A stretch of DNA of 64,000 nucleotides, taken from NCBI GenBank assembly GCA_002104905.1, contig MCFE01000147.1, positions 62,001-126,000 on the forward strand, read 5' to 3'. This document shows positions 63,086-64,000 of this stretch, in pieces (position 1 is the stretch's first letter; each line of letters begins with the position of its first letter). Made by a program: the position numbers and the translations under genes. This DNA comes from Basidiobolus meristosporus CBS 931.73. Its lineage: Eukaryota; Fungi; Basidiobolomycota. Under the pieces are notes generated by a model. That model ran no database searches. It saw only the letters and a program-made list of their open reading frames with translations, and was not told the origin of the DNA.

Positions 63086-63783
63086 ATGTCAGTGATTATC
63101 ATACAGAAGCCCTCCAACCACGCGCAGTATTCCGACACCTCATGTCAAACCAACCTAAACTCCTCTTGGGTGAACTACAAAGGTACTTTCCCCTCCGCCC
63201 AGGTTGAGCACGTGGTACGCACTAACACCGACCCGGCCTTGACATCAAGGCATATGGGTATTTAACTTCATTCTCATTGTTGCGCTTAAGATTCTGTTTG
63301 GCATCATTCCTGGGATATCTTCCGAAGCCAGCTGGACGCTGACCAACCTCTCCTACAATCTGGTTCGCTAACTCCCTCAACGAGTAGTGCGTGTGTGGCA
63401 AAGGTTAAGTTTCTTTTCTCTTTATAGACGAGCTTTGTTGTGTTTCACTGGATCACTGGGATCCCCTTTGAATTCAACCAAGGAGTGTGCGACGAGCTAA
63501 CGTTGTGGGAACAGATGGACAACGGACTCCAATTCTCTCCCTCCAAAAAATACTTCACCGCGGCCCCGATTTTACTGTAAGTCCAGCTGTGCTCAGTCTA
63601 GAGCCAACCACAACTGAACCCAGCTTCCCCATTCCAAGGTTTCTCCTCAGCACGCATTATACACATTATGCTGGTTCGACCTTCTTGATCAATGTAGCCG
63701 CCCTTATTGTGAATCTCATCGGGAAGCTTCCGGCGATGCATCGAGTTCGATTGTTCGGTGTCAACATGGTGCACATCGACTGA
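63086..63783 (+). CDS. ORM1: ORM/ORMDL sphingolipid-synthesis regulator (multi-exon)
   Basis: NLNSSWV, SWTLTNLSY, FHWITGIPFEFNQG..LTLWEQMD..KKYFT, LSTHYTHY, KLPAMHRVRLFG. Confidence 0.92.
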
Positions 63784-64000
63784 TGCAGCCAACTAGATAG
63801 CTCTTCACCCCCAGCCCACTCCCACCCCTTCCAACGTAGCACTCACCCGTCTATTCATCGTCAGTGTAATCCGGAGCCGGTATTCACAGCAGAACCAAAG
63901 TTGGTATTTATTTGGAAGAAAATATACAAAAGACATCAACATGATTGTGTGCCGTGTGACTATACATCTAGTATTTATATTTCAAGATATCTACACTCCT

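Overview
Eukaryotic, most likely fungal, genomic DNA in two sharply different domains. The taxon is inferred from gene content and short GT-AG introns; an early-diverging, TE-inflated fungus such as an entomophthoralean is a guess. (1) ~1-49,330 is AT-rich, strongly CpG-depleted and made of nested, decayed transposons: two Ty1/copia families (one near-complete copy at 43,694-48,215), several solo LTRs, a Ty3/gypsy gag-protease-RT relic, a LINE relic and several pieces of a CACTA/CMC-like (Tnp2) element with a divergent second ORF. (2) ~49,330-64,000 is CpG-rich and gene-dense: a Myb/SANT-like coiled-coil gene, a divergent forkhead gene, Sec61-beta (missed by the ORF track), an intron-containing alginate-lyase-family gene, Rab6/Ypt6, a PWWP-like gene, a coilin-like gene and an ORM/ORMDL gene. 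The most striking object is a ~730-bp element that is almost wholly palindromic (347-bp arms, 40-bp loop, AGACTTG...CAAGTCT ends, 3-bp ANT target-site duplications). It occurs in four full copies plus one relic. Its arms carry copy-private mutations on both sides, and one copy has extended its palindrome inward, suggesting a self-templating foldback transposon of the PIF/Harbinger-related (Pangu-like) class. No rRNA, tRNA or CRISPR array was recognised. All alignments were done by eye; boundaries without a TSD or splice site are approximate.
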